Assembly: GCF_009914755.1 (NCBI RefSeq)
Contig: NC_060936.1
Length of the DNA: 64,000 nucleotides
Origin: the human T2T-CHM13v2.0 reference genome, Homo sapiens
Strand: one strand, 5' to 3'
Shown here: positions 15,928 to 29,311 of the stretch, one piece after another
How the letters are laid out: every line of letters starts with the position of its first letter
Numbering within the stretch: position 1 is the stretch's first letter
The notes under the pieces: generated by a model
Seen by the model: the letters and a program-made list of their open reading frames with translations, nothing else
The model's database searches: none
Told to the model about the DNA's origin: nothing
Program-made: the position numbers and the translations under genes

Positions 15928-18733
15928 TCTCCAGACACCTCATACACGAGCATTCAGGCTGGCATCAGGCCAGTGCCTCTCTGGGACAGAGCTCCCACAG
16001 GAAGTATCAGGTTGCCATATTTGCTGGTTTGCAGCCTGCTCTGGTGATATCTCCAGGGATGGGAGGAAACAAGTTGAATAGGAGCTGGAGTGGACCTCAT
16101 GGAACCCACAGCTGACCTAAAGAAGAGGGGCCTGACTGCTAAAAGAAAAACAATCAGCAAGCAACAACATCAAAGAAGAAGACACCACAAAACCCCATCC
16201 AAAGGTCAACATCCTCAAAGATCAAAAGTAGGTAAACCCATGAAGATGAGAAAAAAAGTCAACACAAAAGTGCTGAAAACTAAAAAAGCCAGAGTGCCTC
16301 TTCTTCAAAAGATCACAACATATCTCCAGCAAGGGCACAGAGCTGGGCTGAGGCTGAGGTGGATGAATTGACAGAAGCAGGCTTAATAAGATGGGAAATA
16401 ACAAACTTCGCTGAGCTAAATGATTATGTTCTAACTCACTTCAAAGAAACTAAGAACCATGATAAAACAATACAGGAGCTGTTATACGTAATAACCAGTT
16501 TAGAGAGGAACGTAAATGATCTGATGGAGCTGAAAAACACAACATGAGAACTTCATAATGCAAACACAAGTATCAATAGCCAAAAAGACCAAGAAGGATA
16601 AAGGATATTAGAGCTTTAAAACCATCTTGCTGAAATAAAGCAGGCAGATAAGATTAGAGAAAAAATAATGAAAAGGAATGAACAAAATCTCTGAGAACTA
16701 TGGGATTATTTTAAAAGACTGAACTTGTGACTGATAGCAGTTCCTGAAAAAGACAGGGAGAATGGAACCAAGTTGGAAAACACACTTCAGTATATCATCC
16801 AGGAGAATTTCCCCGACTTAGCAAGACAGGCCAACATTCAAATTTAGGAAATCCAGACAACCCCAGAAGAATACTCCATGAGAAAATCAACCCCAAGACA
16901 CATAATCATCAGATTCTCCAAAGTCAAAATGAAGAAAAAAATGTTAAGGGCAGCCAGCAAGAAAGGCCACCTCACCTATAAAGGGAAGCTAATCAGAATA
17001 ACAGCAGACCTCTCAGCAGAAACTTTGCAAGGCAGACGAGATTGGGGGCCAATATTTAACATTCTTAAAGAAAATAATTTCTGGCCTAGAATTTCATATC
17101 GGGCCAAACTAAGCTTCATAAATGAAGGAGAAATAAAATCTTTTTCAGACAAGCAAATGCTGAGGGAATTTATCACCACCGGGCCTGCTTTGCAAGAGCT
17201 CCTGAAGGAAGCACTAAATATGGAAAGAAAAACCATTACCAGCCACTACAAAAAACACACTGAAGTACACAGACCAGTGACACTGTGAAGCACATACATA
17301 AACAAGTCTGCAAAATAACCAACTAGCATCAGGATCTCAGGATAAAATTCACACATAACAACATTAACCTTAAATGTAAATGGGCTAAGTATCCCCAATT
17401 AAAAAGACACAGAGTCGCAAGCTGGATAAGGAGTCAAAAATCCATCAGTGTGCTGTATTCAAGAGACCCATCACACATGCAAAGACACACATAGATTCAA
17501 AATAAAAGGATGGAGGAAACTTTACCAAGCAAATGGAAAACAGAAAAAAGCAGAGGTTGCAATTCTGGTGTCTGACAAAATAGACTTTAAACTAACAAAG
17601 ATCGAAAAAGACAAAGAAAGGCACTACATATTGGTAAAGGGATCAATTCAACAAGAAGAGCTAACTATCCTAAATATATATGCACCCAATACAGAAGCAC
17701 CCAGATTCATAAAACAAGTTCTGAGGGACTTACAAAGAGACTTGGACTCCCACACAGTAATAGTGGGAGACTTTAACACCCCATTGTCAATATTAGACAA
17801 AACAGAAAATTAACGAAGATATTCAGGACTTGAACTCAGCTCTGGATCAAGTGGACCTGATAGATATCTACAGATCTTTTCACCTGAAAACAACAGACTA
17901 GACCTTCTTCTCAGCATCATATGGCACTTACTCTAAAATTGATCAAATAATTGAAAGTAAATCACTCTTCAGCAAATGCAAAAGAACTGAAATCATAGTC
18001 TCTCAGAACACAGCACAATCAAATTAGAACTCAAGATTAAGAAACTCACTCAATACCACACAACTACATGGAAATTGAATAACATGCTCCTGAATGATTC
18101 CTGGGTAAATAATGAAATTAAGGCAGAAATCAAAAAGTTATTCAAAACCAAAAACTAATAAAGTACCAGAATCTCTCAGACACAGAGAAAGCAGTGTTAA
18201 GGGGAAATTCATGGCAATAAATGCCCACATCAAAAAGAAAGATTTTAAATCGACACCCTAGCATTGCAAGTAAAAGAACTACAGAACCAAGAGCAAACAA
18301 ACCCCAAAGGTAGCAGAAGACAAGAAATAACCAAGATCAGAACAGAACTGAAAGAGATAGAGACACGAAAAACCCTTCAAAAAAGTAATTAATCCAGGAA
18401 GTGGTGTTTTGAATGAATTAATAAAATAGATAGATCCTTGGCTAGATTAATGAAGAAGAAAGGAGAGTAGAATCAAATAGACACAATAAAAAATAATGAA
18501 AGTGTATCACCACAGACCCCAGAGATATACAAACAACCATCAGAGAATACTATAAATAGCTCTATGCAAATAAACTAGAAAATCCAGAAGAAAGGATAAA
18601 TTCCTGGACACATACACTCTCCCAAGACTGAACCAGAAAGAAGTTGAATCCCTGAACAGACCAATATCAAGTTCTGAAATTGAGGCAGTAATAAATAGCT
18701 TACCAACCAATAAAAGCCCAGGACCAGATGAAT

Positions 18734-18843
18734 GGGAAATTAACAGTTGATAGTATTAGTGTAGCCCCTCCAATTAAGTGCATTAGTAGGTGACCAGCTG
18801 TAATGTTGGCTTTTAATTGCACAGCTAGTGCTTTTGGTTTAAT
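18734..18843 (-). pseudogene. MT-ATP6: NUMT: 110-bp fragment of mitochondrial ATP synthase subunit a (ATP6), about codons 151-187
   Basis: Reverse complement reads [36 protein letters not shown] (vertebrate mitochondrial code), versus human ATP6 [36 protein letters not shown]. It interrupts the L1 motif GGACCAGAT..AATTCTACCAG. Confidence 0.93.
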
Positions 18844-20465
18844 ATAACTCAATTCTACCAGAAATACAAAGAGGAGCTGATATCATTTCTTCTGAAACTA
18901 TTCAAAACAGTTGAAAAGGAAGGACTCCTCCCTAACTCATCCTATGAAGCCAGCATCATCCTGATACAAAAACCTGGCAGAGATACAACAAACAAAGAAA
19001 ATTTCAGGCCAATATCCCTGGTGAACATTGATGCAAAAATTCTCAATAAAATACTGGCAAATCAAATCCAGCAGCACATCAAAAAGCTTATCTACCACAA
19101 TCAAGTTGGCTTCATTCCCTGGATGCAAGGCAGGTTCAACATATGCAAATCAATAAATGTAATTCATCACATAAAGGTATCTAAAGACAAAAACCACATG
19201 ATTCTCTCAATAAACATGGGAAAGGCCTTCAATAAAATTTAACATCCCTTTCTGTTAAAAACTCTCAATAAACTAGGTAATGATGGAACATACCTCAAAA
19301 TAGTAAGAGCCATTTAGGTCAAACCCACAGCCACTATCAAACTGAATGGGCAAAAGCAGGAAGCATTCCCCTTGAAAACCAGTGCAAGACAAGGATGCCC
19401 TCTTTCACCACTCCTATTCAACACAGTATTGGAAGTTCTGGCCAGGGCAGTTAGGCAAGAGAAAGAAATAAAGAGTATTCAAATAGGGAGGGAGGAAGTT
19501 CAGTTCTCTTTCTTTGCAGATGACATAATCCTATTTCTAGAAAACCCCATCATCTCAGCCCAAAAGCTTCTTAAGCTTATAAGCAACTCAGCAAAGTTTC
19601 AGTATACAAAATCAATGTGCAGAGTTCACAAGCATTCCTACAACAACAGGCAAGCAGAGAGCCAAATCATGAATGAACTCCCATTCACAATTGCTACAGA
19701 GAGAATAAAATACCTAGGAATACAGCTAACAAGAGAAGTCAAGAACCTCTTCAAGGAAAACTACAAACCACTGCTCAAGAAAACCAGACAGGACACAAAC
19801 AAACGGAAAAACATTCCATGCTCATGGATAGGAAGAATCAGTATCATGAAAATGGCCATACTGGCCAAAGTAATTTTTAGATTCAGGATATTCTCATTAA
19901 ACTACTGTTGACATTCTTCATAGAATTAGAAAAAGCATTTTTTTAAATTTATATGGAACCAAAAAAAAGCCCATATAGTCCAGACAATCCTAAGCAAAAA
20001 GATCAAAGCTGGAGGCAACATGCTACTGGACTTCAAATTATAAGGCTACAATAACCAAAACTATATAGTACTGGTACAAAAACAGACACATAGACCAATG
20101 GAACAAAATAGAAAACTTAGGAATAAAACACATCTACAACCATTGGATTTTCAACAAACCTGACAAAAACAAGTAATGGGGAAAGAACTCCCTATTTAAT
20201 AAAAGGTGCTGGGAGAACTGGCTATCTATTTGAGGAAAACTGAAACTGGACTCCTTTCTCACACCTTATGCAAAAATTAACTGAAGATGGATTAAAGACT
20301 TAAACGTAAAACCCAAAACTATAACAAGCTTAGAAGAAAATCTAGGCAATACCATTCAGGACATAGGAACGGGCAAAAATTTCATAATGAAATCACCAAA
20401 AGCAACTGCAACAAAAGCAAAAATTGACAAATGGGATCTAATTAAACAAAAGAGCTTCTGCACAG

Positions 20466-20502
20466 CAAAAAACAAAAAACAAAAAACAAAAAACAAAAAA
20501 AA
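20466..20502 (+). repeat. (AAAAAAC)n microsatellite inside L1 ORF2
   Basis: Expanded from GCAAAAGAAACT, which is seen unexpanded in the other L1 copies of this window. Confidence 0.85.
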
Positions 20503-21794
20503 CTACCATCAGAGTGAATAAGCAACCTACACAGTGGGAAAAATTTTTGCAATCTATCCATCAGACAAAGATCTCATATCCAGAATCTACAGGGACCTCA
20601 AACAAATTTACAAGAAAAAAAAATTAAAAATGGGCAAAGTACATGAACAGACACTTCTCAAAAGAAGACATTCATGCAGCCAGTAAATACATGATAAAAA
20701 GCTAAACATCACTGATCATTAGAGAAATTCAAATCAGAACTACGATGAGATGTCATCTCATGCCAGTCAGAACGGCCATTATTAAAAAGTCAAGAAACAA
20801 CAGATGCTGGTGAGGTTGCGGAGAAATAGGAATGCTTTTACACTGTTGGTGGGAATAAAAATTAGTTCAATCATTGTTGAAGATGGTGTGGCAATTCCTC
20901 AAAGATCTAGGCTGAAATACCATTTGACCCAGCCATGTCATTACTGGGTATATACCCAAAGGAATATAAATCATTCTATTACAAAGATATATGCACATGT
21001 ATGTTCATCACAGCATTATTCACAATAACAAGGACATGGAATCAACCCAAATGCCCATCAATGCTAGACTGGATAAGAAAATGTGGTACATATCCACCAT
21101 GGAATATATGCAGCCATAAAAATAAATGAGATCATGTCCTTTGTAGGAACATGGATGAAGCTGGAAGCCATTATCCTCAGCAAACTAACTCAGGAACAGA
21201 AAACCAAACACCACAGGTTCTCACTTGTAAGTGACAATTGAATGATGGGATCACATGCCACATAGAGGAGAACAACACACACTGGGGCCTGTCCGGGGGT
21301 GGGGTGGGGGGAGGGAGAACATTGGGAAAAATAGCTAATTCATGCTGAGCTTAATATCTAGGTGATAGGGTGATAGGTGCAGCAAACCACCATGGCACAT
21401 GTTTACCTATGTAACAAACCTGCACATCCTACACGTGTACCCCAGAACTAAAAACAAAAATTAAAAAAAAATTCTGATTCAATTTTGAAACTTGAAAAAA
21501 TAAATAAAAAAATTTGTAAATTGGTAACTTTTAAAATTATTGCATTCTAATTCCAAACTTGCTCTTCTTACCTGAGAAGGAAATAGTTAACAAATGTTCA
21601 AAAGGTTAAAGTTTCAGAAAACAATGACTACTTTCATATATTAGAAAAAACTTTAAAGCTCAGAAGATTGACATAAATGTATATAGAGAATGAACGAAAC
21701 TTGAAATCCTCAAATATCTGTCTTTGAGTTTATTTTAAGATTTTTTTCATTTTTCTTTTGGCTCCTTTCCCCTTCAGTGTAAGAAATGGAAAAA

Positions 21795-21833
21795 GTGTGT
21801 GTGTGTATATGTGTGTGCATGTGCGTGTGCATG
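21795..21833. repeat. Imperfect (TG)n
   Basis: GTGTGTGTGTGTATATGTGTGTGCATGTGCGTGTGCATG. Confidence 0.8.
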
Positions 21834-23058
21834 TTTTTACTGAAGTATAGTAATGTCCCTCATATGATTAAATCCTTAGGGCATTAAGCAATCTCATGTG
21901 GAAAGCAGTAAATGGTTATATAAATATTTTCTCAGATAGTTAACAAAAAAGAGCCATTGTCTCAGTATACACTTTTAATTGAATGAAATATGAACTTGAT
22001 TTTTAAAATATTTCTGAATCTTGCAAGATCCATTTGTGTGAATTGGTCATGGTCTTTTAAACTGTATATTTCTGTTGAAAACAACTATAATATTGATATT
22101 TGTCTATGTTCTTCTTACCTCCTTACTGGCACCACAGGCCGTAAGATTATTTTTACATCTTGATATTTAAATATAAATGTGTATTATTGACTAGGAACAC
22201 TCTTAAGATTGGCTCTATCTTATAGCTAATAGGTTTAAATCTTTTAGTGAATGTTAGGAATAATCACTGCTTTTCATATTACATTGGAGAAAATAGTAGT
22301 TATAACTAACACATTTTTAAATGAAAAAAAAAGTTCTTACAGCCTGGAAAATAGCTTTTCTGTATCATTGAAGGTGAAAGGATTTCTAGGGAGAGAAAAA
22401 CAAAACAAAACAAAACTGGCTCTGCCTACCTTAAATATCTTGTTTTGCTTCAATAAGGGGGATTTTCTGTAAATTTTATGCAGAATTGATTTACATTCAA
22501 TGAATTCTTTAGAAGACAACTTAATTTACACAGGTATTACTTCCTGATAACAACTGGTTGGCCCAAACTGACACTAAAATATTACATGAGGGCATACGAG
22601 GGTGAGTAATTATAGTGAGTAATTTGGTGTCAAGTAAATTTTTTAGAACATTTGATAATTGATTATTCTAACTGGATCCTGAGACATAGGAGAATTTTGT
22701 GTAAATGAAGAAAGGATAATTTTGAGGAACAGCATCCTAGTCCTCCTACAAATTGCATTATTATTGCATGGTGGCTTATGGCAATTCTTCCATGAGTGTC
22801 TCTTATATGTCTATTTCTATTTTGCTACAGAATGTTAATTAAGTGTTAGCAGTTTCCTTTATTTTCTTTTTTTAAATCAACATGTACCCACATATAATAT
22901 AATAAGTATATGTAATCACATTTTAATAAATACCATTTTCATTATTACCTTGGTTTTAGAAAAACTAAGAAGAAACAAATGCAGTTGCTCTTATTTTAAA
23001 TAAAGCCTTTATAAATCTTATTCTTTACAATAACTATCTTGAACTAAAATTAATGGTT

Positions 23059-23470
23059 TCTTTTTTTCTATTATACTTTAATTTCAGAGATACATGTGCA
23101 GAACGTGCAGGTTTGTTACATAGGTATACACATGCCATGGTGGTTTGCTACATCCATCAACCCATCATCTAAATTAGGTATTTCTCTTAATGCTATCACT
23201 CCTCTAGCCCCTCATCCACTGACAGGCCCTGGTGGATGCTCACCTCCCTGTGTCCACGTGTTCTCATTGTTCAACTCCCACTTATGAGTGAGAACGTGTG
23301 GTGTTCGGTTTTCTGTCCCTGTGTTAGTTTGCTGAGAATGATGGTTTCCAGCTTCATCCATGTCCCTGCGAAGGACATGAACTCATCCTTTTTTAGGGCT
23401 GCATAGTATTCCATGGTGTATATGTGCCACATTTTCTTTATCCAGTCTGTTATTGATGGGCATTTGGATT
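23059..23470 (-). mobile_element. L1PA7/8-like 3' end
   Basis: T-tail then TATTATACTTTAA..CATGTGCAGAACGTGCAGGTTTGTTACATAGG, running into the ORF2 end. Confidence 0.92.
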
Positions 23471-24929
23471 GTTTTCTTACGGAAATTTAAATTGAAAGAT
23501 TTTTGTTTTGGTATACTATAAATGTTATAGCATTTAGATTTATTTTAACCTCAAGTAACAAAATCACTTTTTCTCACCAAAATACACGATATCTCATTAA
23601 ATTCTGTTGTCAACAAAGTTCAACCCTTAGTTTTCACATCAATTATATTATTCCTGGATCATTTCATCAACTTTCAGAAAACAGACTCTATGTTGATGAC
23701 CCATATAGCATTGTTTCTAGTTTATACCTATTCCAGTATATATACCTGAAAGCATATAAAATTGCCTTCTGGACATTTGCACCTACAAGCTCCATAATCA
23801 AATTCAACATTTAAATTCAAATACAACATTTTCAAAAGAGAGCATATTTCCATTCTTCTCCTGGGTTAATTGATTGATTGTTACCCATCTCCACTTGCTA
23901 ATGAAACTAGACAACTGAAAGATCTCCTACATTACCTTCTTCATCACTTATATTTCATTAGTTGCTATGAGAAAATTTCATTTTTGTAGTAAATTTAAAA
24001 AAGAAAACATTATGTTTGTGCATTTCTTTCAATGGCTTCCATTGGCTTCTCAGAATTCTCCTTTGTACTCTTTTCCACTCTTCATTACTCTAGAGGAAAC
24101 CACAGCTCTGACAATCTCACTCAATATTATTAGAAGAGGAATTTCTCAAACATAGTCTATGAATACGTTCCGATTTAATAGTTATGGTTTTCTAAATTAT
24201 TTGCAACAATTTACACCACCACAAGCAGCTGTTACAGTTATTACATATCCTTATCAACGCCATATATATATTTCCTTTTTTTAAAAAATTTTAGCCATTT
24301 AGTGACTGTATACTAGAAATACAATTTCATTTTGTGATACACAAGCTGAGAACTATTTTTACTGTTTTAGATTGTTGAGAAAAATCAAACAGTAAAATAT
24401 TTTGTGACATGTAGAAATTACATAAAGGTAAAGTGTCAATGTTCACGTATAAACTTTTATCAGAATACAGCAATGCTTATTTGCTTATTGTACATAGCCA
24501 CTTTTGTGCTACAACAGGATTAAATAATTGTGACAAAGACCATGTGGTGCTATTGTTTGTCATTACAATCTTCAGTGATGTAATTGTAACTTGACAATGT
24601 TCAGAGTGTCAGGCATATTGCTGTAACACATAATTTTAATTATTTTGTATTGCCAAGGTACATTCACCATGTCAAAATAAAAAAAAAGAAGAAAAATTTG
24701 AGCTTCAGATCTTGCCTTCATAAGTCACAGTGGAATGTGGATTATTTTGTTTGTGAATAGATGGCAAAGTGTTGTGTTTATTACTTAGCTATAGTAAGCT
24801 ATGCTAAAATAATACAATATACATAAAGACTGCCAGACTAAGCACTACTCACAGTATTCCAAACTCACAGGAAAGAAATTATTAAAAAAATTAGAAAATG
24901 TAGAACAATTTTCTTATAAAAATAAACAA

Positions 24930-25068
24930 TAAAACTACCTATTGGGTACAATGTACACTACTAAGATGATAGGTGCACTAAAATCTCAGACTTCACCACT
25001 ATACAATGTATTCAGGCAAGCAAAACCCCTTGTACCCCTAAAGCCATTGAAATAAAAATTAAAAAATA
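24930..25068 (+). mobile_element. L1PB-type 3' end inserted in the hAT element
   Basis: ACCTATTGGGTACAATGTACACTA...CACTAAAATCTCAGACTTCACCACTATACAA...GAAATAAAAA. Confidence 0.8.
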
Positions 25069-25258
25069 TAGTACTGCTACCAATATCTGTTTTTAATTAG
25101 CTTATTTATTAGCAAAGCAGAAAAAATCATTTATCAATGATGAATTATTAAATTGTTTTTGGTTGTAGCAGCTGGAGAAATAAGTTCAGAGAAAGTAAAC
25201 TATTTAAAATAGTAGCTTTTTTAGGAGGACAGTTAATAGGCAAAAAAAAGAAGGCAAA

Positions 25259-25407
25259 GGCTGGCTATGGTGGCTTATACCTGTAATCGCAGGACTTTGG
25301 GAGTCTGAAGCATGAAGATTAGTTGATGCCAGAAGTTCAAGACCAGCCTAGGCAACAACATAGCAAGACCCTGCCTCTACAAAAATAATAATAATAAAAT
25401 AAAAAAT
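25259..25407 (+). mobile_element. FLAM-type Alu monomer
   Basis: GGTGGCTTATACCTGTAATC...GTTCAAGACCAGCCTAGGCAAC followed by an A-rich tail. Confidence 0.85.
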
Positions 25408-28400
25408 AATTTTAAATGCTTTTTCTTGGCTCTTGATGACTCAACAAGATGAATCAACAAGGTTATTGATTCATCTCAGTTGTAAGAGTTGATGAGAGAC
25501 TGAAAAATTAGCCTGTCAGTAATCAGCACTAAATAACTACAGGGGATATTAGCTTTAAAGAAGGTGACAAAACACAATTCAGTAGAATCTGAAGTGGAAT
25601 CTGCTAAGATGTGTTACAACCAATTGTTATTAAAAAGAATGTGGGAAGCAGAACAAGGTTTATTTAGACAGTGTTACAAAGCCTGTGAAATTACATAGCT
25701 ATTAATTTTATAATTTATCATCAGGAACATCAAATCTATAATATATTATTAAACTAGTAGTGTATATAATATAAATTTCATCTGCTTCCATGAATTAAAC
25801 ATTAACAGTTCTGTGATGTGCTGATGTGCCCTACCACACAGTTCTACAGGGTAGCAGTGATTGATTTTATTGTATTTTTTTTTTGAGATAAGAGATGAGA
25901 CTTAAATTTTTCAAAATGAAGAGATTCTCTCTCAACCAATATTATCAAATATTTAATGGCTTTGGATTTAGTTTTACTGAGTAACTCATAACATCTCTTA
26001 AGGAAGTTAGTCTAAAATTACAAACAAAATCATGCCTATATGAAAAACTTATACTGGGGAAAAGCCATTTTGATGATAACTGATTTCTTTATACCTAAAA
26101 TAATGTTAAATTGTTTTATATACTTTCCATGATGTCAAATGTTGCCACACAGATTTGCAGGAAATGTATTTTGTGAGCCTAAACTACAATCATAGTAGTG
26201 ATTTTTGAATCTTGATGCAAAGGCAAAAAAAAATCTACATTTCAAAATTAATTTAACTTCTCAGTTGAACAGCTTTCACCTATCCTACATTTGGAAGTGA
26301 TTCATCTGCAATGCAATGACATAATAAAAGCACAATATAAAGAGAAGAATTACATACAGCCCAATAAATATTTTCAAAGTGATCACTATCAGTTTGAAAT
26401 ACTTGCAAAGTGATGACTATGCTCAATTTAAATATATGTTTATGGATTAATATCAGTATGTGGCAGTGTTAATCTGTCCAAAAGACATTTTTCAAAGTTG
26501 AAATACACTACATAGTATTCTACTAATCTAATTACCAGGAACCTGATTGCCAACCCAATTCAAGTATGTGAGGATGGCTACCTCATTAAACCTAATGGCT
26601 CCCTCTAGCTAGACATGAGTGGGGTTGCCAACTGTTAAATTTTCGTAGTCCAATCAAAAATGTGCTAGCAGCACTCTACACAACAACTATTAGAACTCCA
26701 AGTATGAAGAACAATTCTTTCCTATAACTAAGATTCTAAGAATAAAATTAAAAAGGAAAGAAGACTCTCAATGGGGGAATCTACAGCATCAAAAGATTAT
26801 TTGGCAAAGCAAGATAACAGCTGTGGTGTAAGAAAAGCTTAATTTCATCGTATTATACAAAACTGAGAAAATTAAAACTGAATGAGAGAGCAGAGATCAT
26901 TTTCTCTAATTTTTAGCAGCCAATTTTCATGTTTTGATAGGGATAAGTTGAATATAAAAATATAAATAAAATAATTATGTCTCAAATGAAATTTGTCACT
27001 TTACAAAATACCTATTATTTTAAAATCCATAAAGCACTCACTTAAACACTTTAGAAAATACCAACAAAATGCCTATATTTTATGAAGTGTCATTTAATAA
27101 AATAATCGTGCTTGTAGAGAGGTTCCTGGAGTTTGGTAAACTAATAAAATCCGGGTCCACTAAGCTTATTTCAGAACTTGATTTGTTTCACCTTGAGTTC
27201 CTCTTTCCCCTAGTTAACAATGTCATTTGAGTTGCAGGGACTGAGTTATAATTAATATGATGGGAATTCCATATTTTTAAAAGTCATAGATAATAATTGC
27301 TCCTTCCAGATTTCAGGCATCACTTTAATACCTCCATTAGGTGCATAAAAATACAGAGAAATGCATATCTCTTTAGGACATAAGCTCAGAGTTTTTTGCC
27401 TCTCCGCGATGCACACACAGAACCAATACTTAAACCAGGTGAGGGATGTTTCTTTCCCTGTAAATATTTTAAATCCTAGCTTCAAAAATTCGAAAGAACT
27501 ATCATAGCAGAAGGGAATCAATTACAACTATGTGAAATGTAATGCATTTGCTTGAGACAGTTGTATTTGTTTATTTGCATTTTAAATTGGCATTTGTTGA
27601 CTTGAACAAGCAAGATGAAGAAAACAAAAATTTCATACTCTGGTGAATAAGGCATTTAGGGATCGACTAGTTTCGGTGACAGGAAAATTGCTATGCCACT
27701 GACAAACATATTACTAGAAAAAGAGTTAAACTAAATTTTACATCAAGGCTCAAGTCAACAAACAAGTTTTCAATGTTAGGCTTTGATTGAGAGATGAAAC
27801 CATGAAAAATCAATAGCCTGTTTGAAAGAGTAAAAGATATGATATTAAAGTGGTGCTTGGTATAGAAATGAATCTTGAGAATTTCATACATTAAAAAGAA
27901 AAAGTTGGTCTATATTTTTTTTACCACTATGCTTTCCAAATTTCCGTGTAATTGTTAAAAACAAAATCTGTGAACAAGACTAAATCTGAAACTTCCTAAT
28001 TTGAAAGAATTATTTTTAATTTAATGGTGAGTAGAATATCAAACAGGACTTTGCATGCCTACTTATCTTTATATTTTTTGAAGCAGGAATACATAGTTAT
28101 TTCCACATTTTAGACTGTTGTAAGCATCTTGATAAAGTCTGCTATATTTCTTCTTTATTTTTTTTCCTAAGTGGAAAGGTTAAAGGCAAAATGTAACATA
28201 TAATTATTTCATAAGCAAAGACCATAAGATAAATAACCTAAGCGGTAATAGTATCCTCACTGGAAATAAACAAATATGGTACAGAACATTTTAGTTCATT
28301 CCTGTTCTGTCCAGGTGAAGATTGCTTTTCAATTACTTGTTTAAAATGAAAGCTTGTGACCGAAACAACTGTGCCAGATTGGTATTTGAGGTCTCTAATT

Positions 28401-28907
28401 TGCTGTGCATGACATCCCTTGGAACAGATGCATGGGGACAGAAGTGACTAAAATTGCTCTTTTGTGATGGCTGATCAGAGGCTAATATAGCCAAGGAACA
28501 GCAGCTTAGCTAAGAACTACTCATTGCATCAGCAGTCCTTCCTGGAGTTAGCCACCGCAAATACATGGATCAAAAATTTCATCAGTCTTTGAGAGCACTC
28601 TATGTCTCTGTGTTTTATAACTGTGGAAGCTACCTTCTCATGTGTTATTGAGCACTTACACGAGGCAAAGTAAACTAAGTCTACCACATAATGTAAATAG
28701 GTATTGCTTTATGAGATAACATTCAGTGTTAAGTCTATATAATATCAGTACCAATAACTTGCTTTCATTATCTTAGAATTTGTTTTAGACAACATTTTTA
28801 TTTGATATTCCCGATTTAAGGTAAAAGCTGCGTGAGATTAACACAAGTTACAGAATTAGATTATTAGAGATAGAATGTACATCGACCTTTTACAAGTCAG
28901 AGATTTG

Positions 28908-29237
<330 letters not shown>

Positions 29238-29311
29238 CTAATAGATAGAATATTCAATCAGATGGAATCTCATGCAAATATTTAATAAATATGCATATAT
29301 TTTGCTTAGAG

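Larger units (their letters stand above)
15928..21471 (+). mobile_element. Near-full-length L1 (L1PA10-like): partial 5'UTR, ORF1 (~16247-17289), ORF2 (~17340-21240), 3'UTR; inactive
   Basis: ORF1 peptides (TPRHIIIRFSK, LSFINEGEIKSFSDKQMLREF); ORF2 (IQETH, NIYAPN, QGCPLSP, FADD); 3'UTR with G-rich tract and A-tail; many stops. Confidence 0.95.
24335..26510 (+). mobile_element. Cheshire/MER58-type hAT-Charlie DNA transposon with decayed transposase
   Basis: MER58B-like end (24335-24550); ATG at ~24669 (MSK..KKR, QWNVDYFV, DGKVLCLL); LALDDST (~25426, first catalytic DE region); decayed GS..LC..TFSK dimerisation motif (~26462-26500). Confidence 0.7.
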
